A stretch of 64,000 bases of DNA from an uncultured Mycoplasmatota bacterium (GTDB lineage: Bacteria > Bacillota_I > Bacilli_A > RF39 > UBA660). The translations under genes and the position numbers were made by a program. Below, in pieces: positions 29,957-40,099 of the stretch. The notes beneath the pieces are model-generated. The model did no database searches and was not told where the DNA came from. It saw only the letters and a list, made by a program, of their open reading frames with translations. Where the stretch lies: positions 6,703 through 70,702 of the forward strand of contig CANSFI010000005.1 in NCBI GenBank assembly GCA_947646095.1, in the 5' to 3' direction. Position 1 is the stretch's first letter; each line of letters starts with the position of its first letter.

Positions 29957-31256
29957 AAGTCCTAAGGTGATTTTTAATTCTATCTTTACCTTTGCACTTA
30001 ATAACCCAGATAGTAAATATAGAAATCATAATAAATCTATTAAAAGGGTTACTGATATGTATGACTACTATACTAATGAAGAAAAACGAGCTATGTCTAT
30101 GCATGATTATTATACTGGTAAATTAACGAAAGAAAAAACTATGAACTTAGTGATGGAAAATGGGCATTTTGCAAGTGAATCAGAAGTTGAAAGAAGAAAA
30201 AAGTTATCAGTTAAATATTTAGAAAATTCTAATCTGTGGCAAGGTGTGTTATCATTTAATAATGATTATATAAATGAGAATATTGATATACATAAACTGG
30301 AGCAAGAACTCGCTACTAATATATTACCTAAGTTCTTTAAAAAATGTGGTTTTAAAGATACCAAGAAAATGTTTTATCAATTATCACTTCATACTGATAC
30401 TGATAACTTACACTTTCATTTTTCATTTATGGAAAAGCAACCTAATTATATTTATTCTAAAAATAAAGTTGGTTATAGAAGAGCTGGTGAACTATCACAA
30501 GTTGAAATAGATTTTTTAAAAAATCAAGTAATACATACCATTGAAAAAGAAAAAATTTATACCCCTTTATTAAAAGAAACTAATAAAGATATAGGAGAAT
30601 TGAAAAAATATTTTAGCCCAAAAGAAAAAAATTATCTTTTAAGAAATAAAAAAGATTTACTTTTGGAAGAAAAAATATTAAAATTAGGTCAACTTCTTTA
30701 TCATGAAAGAATTGGTAAAGATACTAAAATTAAGTATGGATCTATTAAGAATAAAGAGATTATTAATCTTACTAGAGAAATAAAAAGTTACATTTTTTCT
30801 AACTCTAATTCTGATTTTAAATTAGAATATGATAATTTTAAGGGATCACTAAAAAATATCAATACATATTTTCATAAAATTAATGAAGATAATAATATCA
30901 AGAATATCAATGTTGATACTTCCTTAACTGATTCAAAAAATAAATATATAGACAATTATATCTATAATGCTATTGTCAATTATGCTGATTATCATTACAA
31001 GAAAGAATCTAAGACTTCTAATAAGATTAAAGAAAATGATATTATACAAGAGATAATATTAAAACACTATTTAAAAAATAAAAAACAAACTAGAAAAAAT
31101 ATATTAAAAAATTATTTATCTAATTCTAACCCTAGACAAAAATTTAAGAATAAATCTGATATTGAAACTGCTATAAAAAATATCAATGATGAAATGGAAG
31201 AAGCCCAAAAAGAGTTTAGTAAGTTATTCCAAAATGATAAGGAAAATGCTATATGA
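29949..31256 (+). CDS. relaxase / mobilisation nuclease
   Basis: Histidine-triad motif HTDTDNLHFHFS (HxDx3xHxH), N-terminal Tyr-containing region, 435 aa. Confidence 0.7.
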   Translation: MTKSPKVIFNSIFTFALNNPDSKYRNHNKSIKRVTDMYDYYTNEEKRAMSMHDYYTGKLTKEKTMNLVMENGHFASESEVERRKKLSVKYLENSNLWQGVLSFNNDYINENIDIHKLEQELATNILPKFFKKCGFKDTKKMFYQLSLHTDTDNLHFHFSFMEKQPNYIYSKNKVGYRRAGELSQVEIDFLKNQVIHTIEKEKIYTPLLKETNKDIGELKKYFSPKEKNYLLRNKKDLLLEEKILKLGQLLYHERIGKDTKIKYGSIKNKEIINLTREIKSYIFSNSNSDFKLEYDNFKGSLKNINTYFHKINEDNNIKNINVDTSLTDSKNKYIDNYIYNAIVNYADYHYKKESKTSNKIKENDIIQEIILKHYLKNKKQTRKNILKNYLSNSNPRQKFKNKSDIETAIKNINDEMEEAQKEFSKLFQNDKENAI

Positions 31257-32236
31257 AAGATATAATTATGAATAACATTATATCTGATATGGGTAAATAT
31301 ATTAATAACTATCAACTAGAAAAGTTGAAACAAGTTATAAATCATTATTTTTATAGCATTGAAGTTGTAAATGAAAGTAATAATATAAAAGAAATCAATT
31401 TAGATTATAATAATTTATTTCTTTCATCTAAAAAATTAGAGGGTTGTTCTTCAAGAACTGTTGAATATTATAGTAAAACAGTTGATGATATGTTATCTCA
31501 AATAAATAAAAATATTAAATTAATAGATACAAATGATATTAGAAATTATTTGTCTAACTATCAAAATATTCATAATTGCAGTAATGTAACAATAGATAAT
31601 ATAAGAAGAATTTTGTCTAGTTTCTTCTCATGGTTAGAAAATGAAGATTATATTTTAAAAAGTCCAATAAGAAGAATCCATAAAATAAAAACTCAAGTTA
31701 CTGTTAAAGAAACTTATAGTGATGAAATATTAGAAAAATTAAGAGATGGATGTCATAATATAAGAGATTTAGCCATGATAGACTTTCTATCTTCTACTGG
31801 TGTTAGAGTTGGTGAACTTGTTAATTTAGATATTTCTGATATTGATTTTGTTAATCAGTCTTGTATAGTTTTAGGTAAAGGCAATAAAGAACGAGAAGTA
31901 TATTTTGATGCAAGAGCAAAACTTCATCTTTTAAAATATCTTGAAAGTAGAAAAGATAATAATTCTGCATTGTTCGTTTCACTGATCAAGCCATATCATA
32001 GACTTAATATTTCTGGTGTAGAAATAAGATTAAGATCTTTAGGAAAAAATCTTAATATATCAAAAGTTCATCCCCATAAATTTAGAAGAACATTAGCAAC
32101 AAGAGCCATAGATAAAGGTATGCCTATTGAACAAGTACAGAAATTATTAGGTCATACTAAAATTGATACTACCATGCATTATGCTATGGTAAGTCAGACA
32201 AATGTAAAAGTTTCTCATCATAAATATATTTGTTAG
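31253..32236 (+). CDS. tyrosine recombinase (XerC/XerD / phage-integrase family)
   Basis: C-terminal catalytic motifs TGVRVGEL, HPHKFRRTLAT and LLGHTKIDTTMHY. There is an ATGA overlap with the relaxase stop codon. Confidence 0.85.
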   Translation: MKDIIMNNIISDMGKYINNYQLEKLKQVINHYFYSIEVVNESNNIKEINLDYNNLFLSSKKLEGCSSRTVEYYSKTVDDMLSQINKNIKLIDTNDIRNYLSNYQNIHNCSNVTIDNIRRILSSFFSWLENEDYILKSPIRRIHKIKTQVTVKETYSDEILEKLRDGCHNIRDLAMIDFLSSTGVRVGELVNLDISDIDFVNQSCIVLGKGNKEREVYFDARAKLHLLKYLESRKDNNSALFVSLIKPYHRLNISGVEIRLRSLGKNLNISKVHPHKFRRTLATRAIDKGMPIEQVQKLLGHTKIDTTMHYAMVSQTNVKVSHHKYIC

Positions 32237-32245
32237 AGATAGGTA

Positions 32246-32274
32246 TTGCAAAAAATGTCAAAAAATGTTATTAT
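32246..32274 (+). promoter_or_regulatory. sigma-A-type promoter (TTGCAA-17-TATTAT)
   Basis: The -35 box is at 32246-32251 and the -10 at 32269-32274, with TGT just upstream. No ORF follows before the 32455 terminator. Confidence 0.45.
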
Positions 32275-32454
32275 ACAGTTGTAGTAAAAAGATTATTACT
32301 GTTAAACCATTTTACTTTACCATGACATTACTTCACTTCTGAATAAATGTAGTTGGTAAAAACTGAAATAGTTGCTAGTATAGGACTATTTTTTTTGTTG
32401 AAAAAATGCTATAATTAAATCAGCAAACTATTATAAAAATAGTAATTTACCAAA

Positions 32455-32482
32455 AAGATTGTCAGTAATGACAGTCTTTTTT
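32455..32482 (+). terminator. rho-independent terminator
   Basis: Stem AAGATTGTCA / TGACAGTCTT (one G-U pair), a 4-nt loop and a T-run. Confidence 0.6.
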
Positions 32483-32577
32483 GTACGACAGGCAGTTATA
32501 CAAATAAATTAGTTCAGTGCAACTAATCTATTTTTTTATTATATATTTTTTTATTATATATTGACTTTTAACGATAA

Positions 32578-32611
32578 CTACTATAAAATATAGTGGTGTA
32601 GTTTATAGTAG
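32578..32611. promoter_or_regulatory. palindromic operator candidate upstream of the VOC-PadR-tet operon
   Basis: Perfect 10-bp inverted repeat CTACTATAAA (32578-32587) / TTTATAGTAG (32602-32611), ending 19 nt before the VOC start. Confidence 0.45.
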
Positions 32612-32630
32612 AAAGGAGGACATTAAATAT

Positions 32631-32981
32631 ATGAAAAATTATGACAATTATTTTCTTCCTGTAGATAATATGGAAGAAGCAAAAAGATACTATGAGGAAA
32701 TATTGGGGTTAAAAAAGAAATTTGATTTCTCTGATAAGGGAATGGTTGCTTATAATATTGGAAATGAAGAACCTGCAATAATTTTAAAAGACAAAAATAA
32801 ATTTGAGAATTTAAAGCCTACAATATGGTTTGAAGTAGAAGATGTTGCAATCTTCTATAAAGAAATGTTGAATAATGATATAAAATTTTTGAGTGAGCCT
32901 TTTAAAATTGGAACTGGTAATGCAGTCGAGTTTGAAGATCCATTTGGAAATAGACTTGGCGTTACAGATTATATTAAGTAA
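32631..32981 (+). CDS. VOC (glyoxalase/bleomycin-resistance/dioxygenase) family protein
   Basis: 116 aa with the paired beta-alpha-beta-beta-beta pattern. It ends ...AVEFEDPFGNRLGV. Confidence 0.65.
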   Translation: MKNYDNYFLPVDNMEEAKRYYEEILGLKKKFDFSDKGMVAYNIGNEEPAIILKDKNKFENLKPTIWFEVEDVAIFYKEMLNNDIKFLSEPFKIGTGNAVEFEDPFGNRLGVTDYIK

Positions 32982-32993
32982 GGAGTAGAGATT

Positions 32994-33521
32994 ATGTCAA
33001 ATATAGATTTGGTATTATTAGGACTTATTAAACAAAAATCACAAAGTGCTTATGATATTAAAAAAAATATAGAATATCGTAATATACCAAGATGGGTAAA
33101 AATTAGTGAACAGTCTATTTATAAGAAAGTATTACAATTAGAATCAAAAGAATATATTGTTAGCCATAAAGAGAAAGAGGGAAATATGCCAGATAAAGCA
33201 ATATATACTATTACTAACAAAGGTAATGATTATTTTAATAAACTTATGAATGATATTTCAAATTCTGATGTTAGTCTATATTTGGATTTTAATGTTATTA
33301 TCACGAATTTAGATTTAGTAGATGATGAACAAAAACAGATTCTTGTTTCTAATATAAAATCAAAGATATTAGAATTAAAAGAATTACTAAATGAAAGACG
33401 TTCTCATAGACAACATATTCCTAATGTTGGAAAACAAATGTTCAAACAACAATTAGCATTAGTAGAAACATTAGAAAAGTGGATAATTGATTTTGAGAAT
33501 AGTTTAAAAGAACAAAATTAG
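32994..33521 (+). CDS. PadR-family transcriptional regulator
   Basis: wHTH LVLLGLIKQKSQSAYDIKKNIEYRNIPRWVKISEQSIYKKVLQLESKEYI. Confidence 0.75.
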   Translation: MSNIDLVLLGLIKQKSQSAYDIKKNIEYRNIPRWVKISEQSIYKKVLQLESKEYIVSHKEKEGNMPDKAIYTITNKGNDYFNKLMNDISNSDVSLYLDFNVIITNLDLVDDEQKQILVSNIKSKILELKELLNERRSHRQHIPNVGKQMFKQQLALVETLEKWIIDFENSLKEQN

Positions 33522-33570
33522 CAAATATTGATTTTAAGTTAAAAGATAAATTTGTAGGGAGGGAAATTCC

Positions 33571-35493
33571 ATGAAAATAATCAACATTGGTATTCTTGCT
33601 CATGTAGATGCAGGAAAGACGACCTTAACGGAAAGTCTGCTTTATACAAGTGGAGCAATTTTAGAATTAGGCAGTGTAGATAAGGGAACAACAAGGACAG
33701 ATACTATGTTTTTAGAACGTCAGCGTGGAATCACAATTCAGGCAGCAGTTACTTCTTTTAATTGGAATGACTACAAAATCAATATTGTAGATACTCCTGG
33801 ACATACAGATTTTATAACAGAAGTGTATCGTTCCTTATCTGTTCTTGATGGAGCAATTTTAGTAATTTCTGCTAAAGATGGTGTACAAGCACAAACCCGA
33901 ATACTATTCCATGCACTTCAAAAAATGAATATACCAACAATTATTTTTATAAATAAAATAGATCAGGATGGAATTAACTTAAATAATATTTATCAAAATA
34001 TCAAAGAAAAACTTTCAAATGATATTATTGTTATGCAAAATGTAACATTAACTCCAGAAATATCAATTAAAAATATCATTGATTTAGATGATTGGGATCC
34101 TGTAATTTCCAAAAATGATAAACTTTTAGAAAAATATATTGTAGGAGAAAAATTGACTATACAAGAATTAATGTATGAAGAATATAGGTGTGTTAAAAAA
34201 GGTTCGTTGTTTCCTATATACCATGGAAGTGCTAGAAATAATATAGGGACTCAACAACTTATCGAAGCTATTTCAAATCTTTTTTGTTCTGAAATGAATG
34301 AGAATGATTCAGAACTATGTGGAAGAGTTTTTAAAATTGAATATACAGACCATAAGCAAAGATTAGTTTATTTGCGTCTTTATAGTGGAACATTACACTT
34401 ACGAGATACAATTATGTTGCCAGAAAAAAAGAAAATGAAACTTACAGAAATATATATTCCTTCAAATGGGGAAATGATACAGACAAAAATAGTTTGTTCT
34501 GGAGATATTTTTATTATACCTAACAATACATTAAGATTGAACGATATTATAGGAAATGAAAAGATTTTGCCATGCAATGTATGGAATGACAAGACTGTAC
34601 CAATACTACGAACAAGAATTGAACCGATAAAAATAGAAGAGAGAGAAAAATTATTGGATGCTCTTACAGAAATTGCAGATACTGATCCTCTTTTACGTTA
34701 TTATGTTGATACGATAACACATGAAATCATCATTTCTTTTTTAGGAACAGTGCAGTTAGAAGTTATCTGTTCTCTGTTGATTGAAAAATATCACATAAAC
34801 ATAAGAATCGAAGATCCAACCGTAATTTATTTGGAAAAGCCATTACAAAAGGCAGATTATACTATTCATATTGAAGTACCACCAAATCCATTTTGGGCAT
34901 CAATTGGATTATCAATAACTCCACTTCCAATTGGCACTGGAATACAGTACGAAAGCAAAGTTTCACTCGGTTATTTAAATCAAAGTTTTCAAAATGCAGT
35001 AAGAGAAGGTATTAATTATGGACTGGAGCAAGGATTGTATGGTTGGAAAGTGACAGATTGTAAAATATGTTTTGAATATGGTGTTTATTATAGCCCTGTT
35101 AGTACTCCCTCGGATTTTCGCTTTCTTGCCCCAATTGTACTTGAACAAACATTGAAAAAAGCGGGAACGCAATTATTAGAGCCATATCTTTCGTTTATAC
35201 TTTTTACACCAGAGGGATACTTTTCTCGTGCATATAAAGATGCACAAAAACATTGTGCAATAATTGAAACAAGTCAATCAAAAAATGATGAAGTTATTTT
35301 TACAGGACATATTCCTGTACGTTGTATTAATGAATATCGTAATACTTTAACTCTATATACAAATGGGCAAGCAGTTTTTTTGACAGAATTAAAAGATTAT
35401 CAAATTGCTACTTGTGAACCAGTTATTCAATCACGTAGACCAAATAATCGAATAGATAAAGTACGCCATATGTTTAATAAAAAAGAAAATTAA
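33571..35493 (+). CDS. tet: tetracycline-resistance ribosomal protection protein (Tet(M)/Tet(O)/Tet(44) family)
   Basis: 640 aa. EF-G-like GTPase motifs [14 protein letters not shown] and NKID. It is clearly collinear with Tet(M) as I remember it, with high identity at the N- and C-termini and a more divergent middle. The class cannot be assigned without an alignment. Confidence 0.9.
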   Translation: MKIINIGILAHVDAGKTTLTESLLYTSGAILELGSVDKGTTRTDTMFLERQRGITIQAAVTSFNWNDYKINIVDTPGHTDFITEVYRSLSVLDGAILVISAKDGVQAQTRILFHALQKMNIPTIIFINKIDQDGINLNNIYQNIKEKLSNDIIVMQNVTLTPEISIKNIIDLDDWDPVISKNDKLLEKYIVGEKLTIQELMYEEYRCVKKGSLFPIYHGSARNNIGTQQLIEAISNLFCSEMNENDSELCGRVFKIEYTDHKQRLVYLRLYSGTLHLRDTIMLPEKKKMKLTEIYIPSNGEMIQTKIVCSGDIFIIPNNTLRLNDIIGNEKILPCNVWNDKTVPILRTRIEPIKIEEREKLLDALTEIADTDPLLRYYVDTITHEIIISFLGTVQLEVICSLLIEKYHINIRIEDPTVIYLEKPLQKADYTIHIEVPPNPFWASIGLSITPLPIGTGIQYESKVSLGYLNQSFQNAVREGINYGLEQGLYGWKVTDCKICFEYGVYYSPVSTPSDFRFLAPIVLEQTLKKAGTQLLEPYLSFILFTPEGYFSRAYKDAQKHCAIIETSQSKNDEVIFTGHIPVRCINEYRNTLTLYTNGQAVFLTELKDYQIATCEPVIQSRRPNNRIDKVRHMFNKKEN

Positions 35494-35524
35494 GTTACTA
35501 TTCACTAAAATTACAATTAATCGA

Positions 35525-35557
35525 GCAGATCAAAATTTAATGATCTGTTTTTTTATA
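35525..35557 (+). terminator. rho-independent terminator after tet
   Basis: Stem CAGATC / GATCTG followed by a T-run. Confidence 0.55.
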
Positions 35558-35579
35558 CAATAAATTAAGTAAAGGAGGA

Positions 35580-35831
35580 ATGTTTATAAATAAAATTGGA
35601 AATTTATTGAAACAAGAAAGAATAAAAAGAAAAATGTCTTTAAGAACACTATCAGAATTATCTAGCATTTCTATTTCTACTTTAAGTAAATTAGAAAATG
35701 ATAAGATAAAAAATGTTAATAGTTTTTTTTTATATAGATTAAGTAAAATTTTAAAAATAGATTATGAATATTTAACTAGGCAAAGATGGGATATACTTCC
35801 CACCTTTTTATTTGAAAGGAAACCTAGTTAA
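35580..35831 (+). CDS. XRE-family HTH regulator
   Basis: MSLRTLSELSSISISTLSKLENDK. Its stop overlaps the methyltransferase start (TAATG). Confidence 0.65.
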   Translation: MFINKIGNLLKQERIKRKMSLRTLSELSSISISTLSKLENDKIKNVNSFFLYRLSKILKIDYEYLTRQRWDILPTFLFERKPS

Positions 35832-36541
35832 TGGAAGTAAACAAAATATATAATGAAGATTGTCTAGTTGGTCTAAAAAAAATACCAGATAACTCTATTG
35901 ATCTAGTTTTAATTGATCCACCTTATGATATTTGTACTGCAGGTGGTAAAAAAGGAAATGATAAACTCTCTCATGACATTATGAAGTTAGAAAAAGAACT
36001 AATTGATAATAATTTAGTTAGCAGTTTTGATATTAAAGTTTTAGATGAAATTGTTAGAGTTATGAAAGGAATTAATATTTATATTTGGTGTAATGCTAGA
36101 CAAATTCCAATGTATATAAAATATTTTAATTTACAACTTCAATGTAAGTTAGAAGTTGTTATCTGGGGTAAAACGAATCCTATACCCCTTTTTAGTAATA
36201 AATACATGAACGACAAAGAATATTGTTTGTACTTTAGAAAAGATGGCTATTGTAAGCCAAAAAGTTATGAAGATGCTAAAAGTATATACATATCTAAGGC
36301 AAATGTAGAAGATAAAAAGAAATATCAACACCCTACCATAAAACCTTTAGAACTAATAAGAAGATTAATTAGGAATAGTTCTAAAGAAAATGATTTAGTT
36401 TTAGACTGCTTTTTAGGTAGTGGTACAACTGCAGTTGCTTGTATTTTAGAAAATAGAAAATACATAGGGTTTGAAATAAACAAAAAATACTTTGATATTG
36501 CTAATAAAAGAATATTAGAAACAAAAAAGGATGGTGATTAA
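35831..36541 (+). CDS. DNA methyltransferase (N6-adenine/N4-cytosine, beta class), orphan
   Basis: Catalytic DPPY (LIDPPYD) is N-terminal and the SAM-binding FLGSGTTAVA is C-terminal. No adjacent restriction endonuclease is recognisable. Confidence 0.8.
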   Translation: MEVNKIYNEDCLVGLKKIPDNSIDLVLIDPPYDICTAGGKKGNDKLSHDIMKLEKELIDNNLVSSFDIKVLDEIVRVMKGINIYIWCNARQIPMYIKYFNLQLQCKLEVVIWGKTNPIPLFSNKYMNDKEYCLYFRKDGYCKPKSYEDAKSIYISKANVEDKKKYQHPTIKPLELIRRLIRNSSKENDLVLDCFLGSGTTAVACILENRKYIGFEINKKYFDIANKRILETKKDGD

Positions 36542-37396
36542 ATGGGATATCAAGAAAGTGTTATAAAAGTTAAAAAAACATATCAAAATGAATTAATAGA
36601 ACAAATTATAAATAGTGATCGTGAGCAATATATTTTTTGTGATCCATATTTTATAGTTGAAGTTAAAAAAGATATAAATAGATATAATTTTGAAAAAGAT
36701 GATAAATTAATCTATGTTTGTGGTGAAAGAGATGGGCAACGAAGTTTTGAAGATTTTATAGATAACTCTGATAATCAGATAAAATTAGAGCCCAACATAG
36801 AAAATAGAATTTATCCAATTGAAGATATACAAGATTTATCATTATTTAATATTATTTCTGAAATGGATAATGGATGTGGTGAAGATGAATATTTTAAAGT
36901 TACTGGAATAGATAAATATATTGAAAATCAAAAAGAAAAGTCTATAAATAAATATGATGAAGTAAAAAATAGACATCAGAAAAGAGTAAATGATTTTCCA
37001 CTAGGTTTTGCTTTTAGTAATGAGCAATTTAAAGATATGATGGAAAAATGGGGTTTGGAAGAAAATGATACAGATAAAATACTCTCTATTGGTGGTGGAG
37101 GTTTTATAAGAAAAACTGATTTAGAAGAATACAATAAAATGTGGGATGAAATTAGAAAAGAAAATAAAGAATTAATAGAATCAGATAAAACTGGTGATGG
37201 TTATATCAAGGATATGTTTGTAAGTGAACTTGAAAATCATGAATATTGTATTACTTATGATATAGAAGATACTTTAGATGCTTTGGAACTTTCTTATGAA
37301 CAAGTTATGAGTAGCCCTAATTTAAAACATGGGCTTGAACTTGCTAAGAAAGAAATCATAGAAAAGGAAAATGAACAAGACTATGACATTGAATAA
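36542..37396 (+). CDS. hypothetical acidic protein
   Basis: 284-aa ORF that abuts the methyltransferase gene. Confidence 0.5.
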   Translation: MGYQESVIKVKKTYQNELIEQIINSDREQYIFCDPYFIVEVKKDINRYNFEKDDKLIYVCGERDGQRSFEDFIDNSDNQIKLEPNIENRIYPIEDIQDLSLFNIISEMDNGCGEDEYFKVTGIDKYIENQKEKSINKYDEVKNRHQKRVNDFPLGFAFSNEQFKDMMEKWGLEENDTDKILSIGGGGFIRKTDLEEYNKMWDEIRKENKELIESDKTGDGYIKDMFVSELENHEYCITYDIEDTLDALELSYEQVMSSPNLKHGLELAKKEIIEKENEQDYDIE

Positions 37397-37736
37397 AGAA
37401 GAATTATTAGAATTTAAAACTACTAATGATGGTAAATTTCTATATACTAGAATTAATGATTTTATGGACTATGTTTACCAAAATGACTTGTACGAATATA
37501 CAGATGATATTTATGATGATAATGGTATTAGAGATATTATAAGAAATGATATTGATAAATCTGGTTGGGAAAGAATTAAATATATGTTACAAAATGTAGA
37601 AAATATTAAATGTGATTATTTAATTAAAGATAACTATGGTAATTTTAATAATATAACGAATAATGATATAAATACTATCATTGATAATATTGTCTATGAC
37701 TTAGATAAAAAATTAGGTGATTCTTATGAAATTTAA
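37371..37736 (+). CDS. hypothetical acidic protein
   Basis: 121-aa ORF overlapping the previous gene. Confidence 0.45.
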   Translation: MNKTMTLNKEELLEFKTTNDGKFLYTRINDFMDYVYQNDLYEYTDDIYDDNGIRDIIRNDIDKSGWERIKYMLQNVENIKCDYLIKDNYGNFNNITNNDINTIIDNIVYDLDKKLGDSYEI

Positions 37737-37905
37737 AGAATTACTTTCAAAATTTCTATGGTTTCATAAAAAGTTTTGGGGGCATAGATATGTTGTTATT
37801 GAAAATGACAAAGTTATTAAATATTTACTTATTTATCATAAAAGAATTTATGTATTAAATAAGGAGGATTATGCTTTATAGCAATAATCTAGTAAGGGGT
37901 TTACA

Positions 37906-39933
37906 ATGAGTTTGCCCCTTATTATTTTATTGTTAGTTTTAATTGTTTTCATTATTTGCTTTATTTATATAGAGCCAGTAATTTCAAAACACAAAATTAA
38001 AAATAATAATGAGTATGGATCTGCAAGATTTTCTAGTGAATCAGAAATAAATAAACATTTTGTAAAAGAAAAAATCTCTAATATTCATGATGTTGGTTTT
38101 CCAGTTTATTATGACAAAAATATAAATCATGTATGGTTTGATAAAGAAACACCCCATTATGTTTATTTGGGATCTAGTGGATCTGGTAAGTCTGTTACTT
38201 GTGTTATAAATATGGTGAGTTTTATTGCTAATGCCAAAAAGCCACGAAGTGTATTTGTTACAGATCCTAAGGGTGAAATTTACCATACAACTTCTAAAAT
38301 GCTATATGATAAAGGATATAAAGTTTTAACAATAGATTTTAGGCATCCAGAATTATCAAATCATATAAATATTTTAGAGCCAGTCATCTGTGAATATGAA
38401 AAATATATAAAATATGAAAATCTAGTTAATACTGCTACTAATGAAAATGAAAGACTAGATTATCAAAATAAATCTATTTCTAGTTATGCTGAAACTAATA
38501 GACTAATTACTTCTCTAGCATCCATGATTACCTATGATAAATCACAAGGTAAAGATCCATTCTGGAACAATAGTGCTAAAAACTTACTGGAGGGTTTAAT
38601 TGGTTTTTTCTTAGAAGAATATAAAGATGGTAAAATTAATCGTGAACAAATTACTATGACTTCTATTCGTAAGTTTCAAAACTCTACAATGGAAGAAAAA
38701 AATTCTAAGAAGTTTAAATCATATATAGAACAAAAACCTTATGGAACTAAATCAAAAGATAGTCTAGTTCCTATTTTATCATCTAGTGAAAATACTTATA
38801 AGTCTATTACTAGTGTTTTCTCTGAAAAAATGGCTATATTTGATGATGTCAATGTTGCTAATGTTACTAGTAAGTCAGATTTTGACTTTGATATTTTGGG
38901 TAAGGAAAAGTCTGCTTTGTTTGTTATAGTTCCAGATGAAGATAAAGTTTACTATTCCTTAGTTACTATCATATTAGGTCTTTTGTATAAGGAATTAGTA
39001 AAACTTGCTAATGCTAATGAAAATAAAAAATGTCCTATTGAAATTGACTGGATATGTGATGAATTTTCTAATTGTCCACCACTAGTAGAGCCAAGTATCG
39101 AATCCATAATTTCAGTTGCTCGTTCTCGTGGGTTAAGGTATCATTTGTTTATACAAAGTTTAAGTCAACTTGATAATGTTTATGGTAAAGAAGTAGCCCA
39201 GATTATTCTTGATAATGCTGGTCTGCAATACCTTAAAACGAATACCATGTCAACTGCTGAGGCAGTTTCAAAAATGCTAGGAAAAAAATCTATTGAAAGT
39301 AACTCTATAAGCCAGTCTATTAGTTTAACTAATTATAATGGAAATAAATCTACTTCTTTAATTGCTCGTGATCTTTTAACACCAGATGAAGTAAAAAATC
39401 TTCATCACAAAACTATAATTTTTCCTACTATTGGACATCCAATTTTTAGGGATACTGTTATTTATAAAAAATTATCATGTTATTCTAGTGGTGAACTGGA
39501 AAGAAAAATGATACCACTAGTGGATTTAAGTAGTACTTATTTTACTGTTGAAGATATTAAGACTAAATATGATAGACTATTTAGAAATAGAAATGATAAA
39601 TCTATCTATAAAGAAGAATTATTAGAATTAGATAAATTTAGGGAAGAAGAAAAAGAAAAATTAAAAAATATAATTGAAATCGTACAAGATCAACTTAAAG
39701 ATAAAATTTCTTTATTTGAATTTAAAGAAAATAATAATAGAACTTATGCTAGTTTTGAATTATCTAAGCCACTAAATACAAAAGAACTAACCTTTATTAA
39801 AGGTAAGATAAATAAGGAAGTATTTCATTTAGAAATAGATAATGGTAATAATACTAAGTCTACCATTGAAATACATTTGAAAAACCCTTTAGAAAAAGAC
39901 TTGACTTTAGAGAAAGGAAATAAAAATGTCTAG
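37906..39933 (+). CDS. VirD4/TraG-type conjugative coupling protein
   Basis: N-terminal TM segment, Walker A GSSGSGKSV, Walker B-like WICDEFSN, 675 aa. Confidence 0.85.
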   Translation: MSLPLIILLLVLIVFIICFIYIEPVISKHKIKNNNEYGSARFSSESEINKHFVKEKISNIHDVGFPVYYDKNINHVWFDKETPHYVYLGSSGSGKSVTCVINMVSFIANAKKPRSVFVTDPKGEIYHTTSKMLYDKGYKVLTIDFRHPELSNHINILEPVICEYEKYIKYENLVNTATNENERLDYQNKSISSYAETNRLITSLASMITYDKSQGKDPFWNNSAKNLLEGLIGFFLEEYKDGKINREQITMTSIRKFQNSTMEEKNSKKFKSYIEQKPYGTKSKDSLVPILSSSENTYKSITSVFSEKMAIFDDVNVANVTSKSDFDFDILGKEKSALFVIVPDEDKVYYSLVTIILGLLYKELVKLANANENKKCPIEIDWICDEFSNCPPLVEPSIESIISVARSRGLRYHLFIQSLSQLDNVYGKEVAQIILDNAGLQYLKTNTMSTAEAVSKMLGKKSIESNSISQSISLTNYNGNKSTSLIARDLLTPDEVKNLHHKTIIFPTIGHPIFRDTVIYKKLSCYSSGELERKMIPLVDLSSTYFTVEDIKTKYDRLFRNRNDKSIYKEELLELDKFREEEKEKLKNIIEIVQDQLKDKISLFEFKENNNRTYASFELSKPLNTKELTFIKGKINKEVFHLEIDNGNNTKSTIEIHLKNPLEKDLTLEKGNKNV

Positions 39934-40099
39934 TTCTTATTCTTTAAACGAAGTAATAAACTTTACTAAAGGTGATTCAATGACTGAAAATATAGAAATT
40001 TTTAACTTTGATGCCAAAGGAAATAAAATTGATCCCAAAGAATTAAAAGTAAAAGACAAAGTAATCTATGAGATTATTAAAAAATATATTAAATTGTAA
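39926..40099 (+). CDS. small protein (57 aa) upstream of the serine recombinase; possible TnpW-like or RDF candidate
   Basis: Below the ORF-track cutoff. The ATG overlaps the T4CP stop codon. Product MSSSYSLNEVINFTKGDSMTENIEIFNFDAKGNKIDPKELKVKDKVIYEIIKKYIKL. Confidence 0.35.
   Translation: MSSSYSLNEVINFTKGDSMTENIEIFNFDAKGNKIDPKELKVKDKVIYEIIKKYIKL

Noticed and set aside
33522-33570. Tn916-type leader peptide and attenuator upstream of tet
   Set aside because: Only 49 nt separate the PadR stop from the tet start. The stretch contains an SD but no ORF or terminator hairpin.
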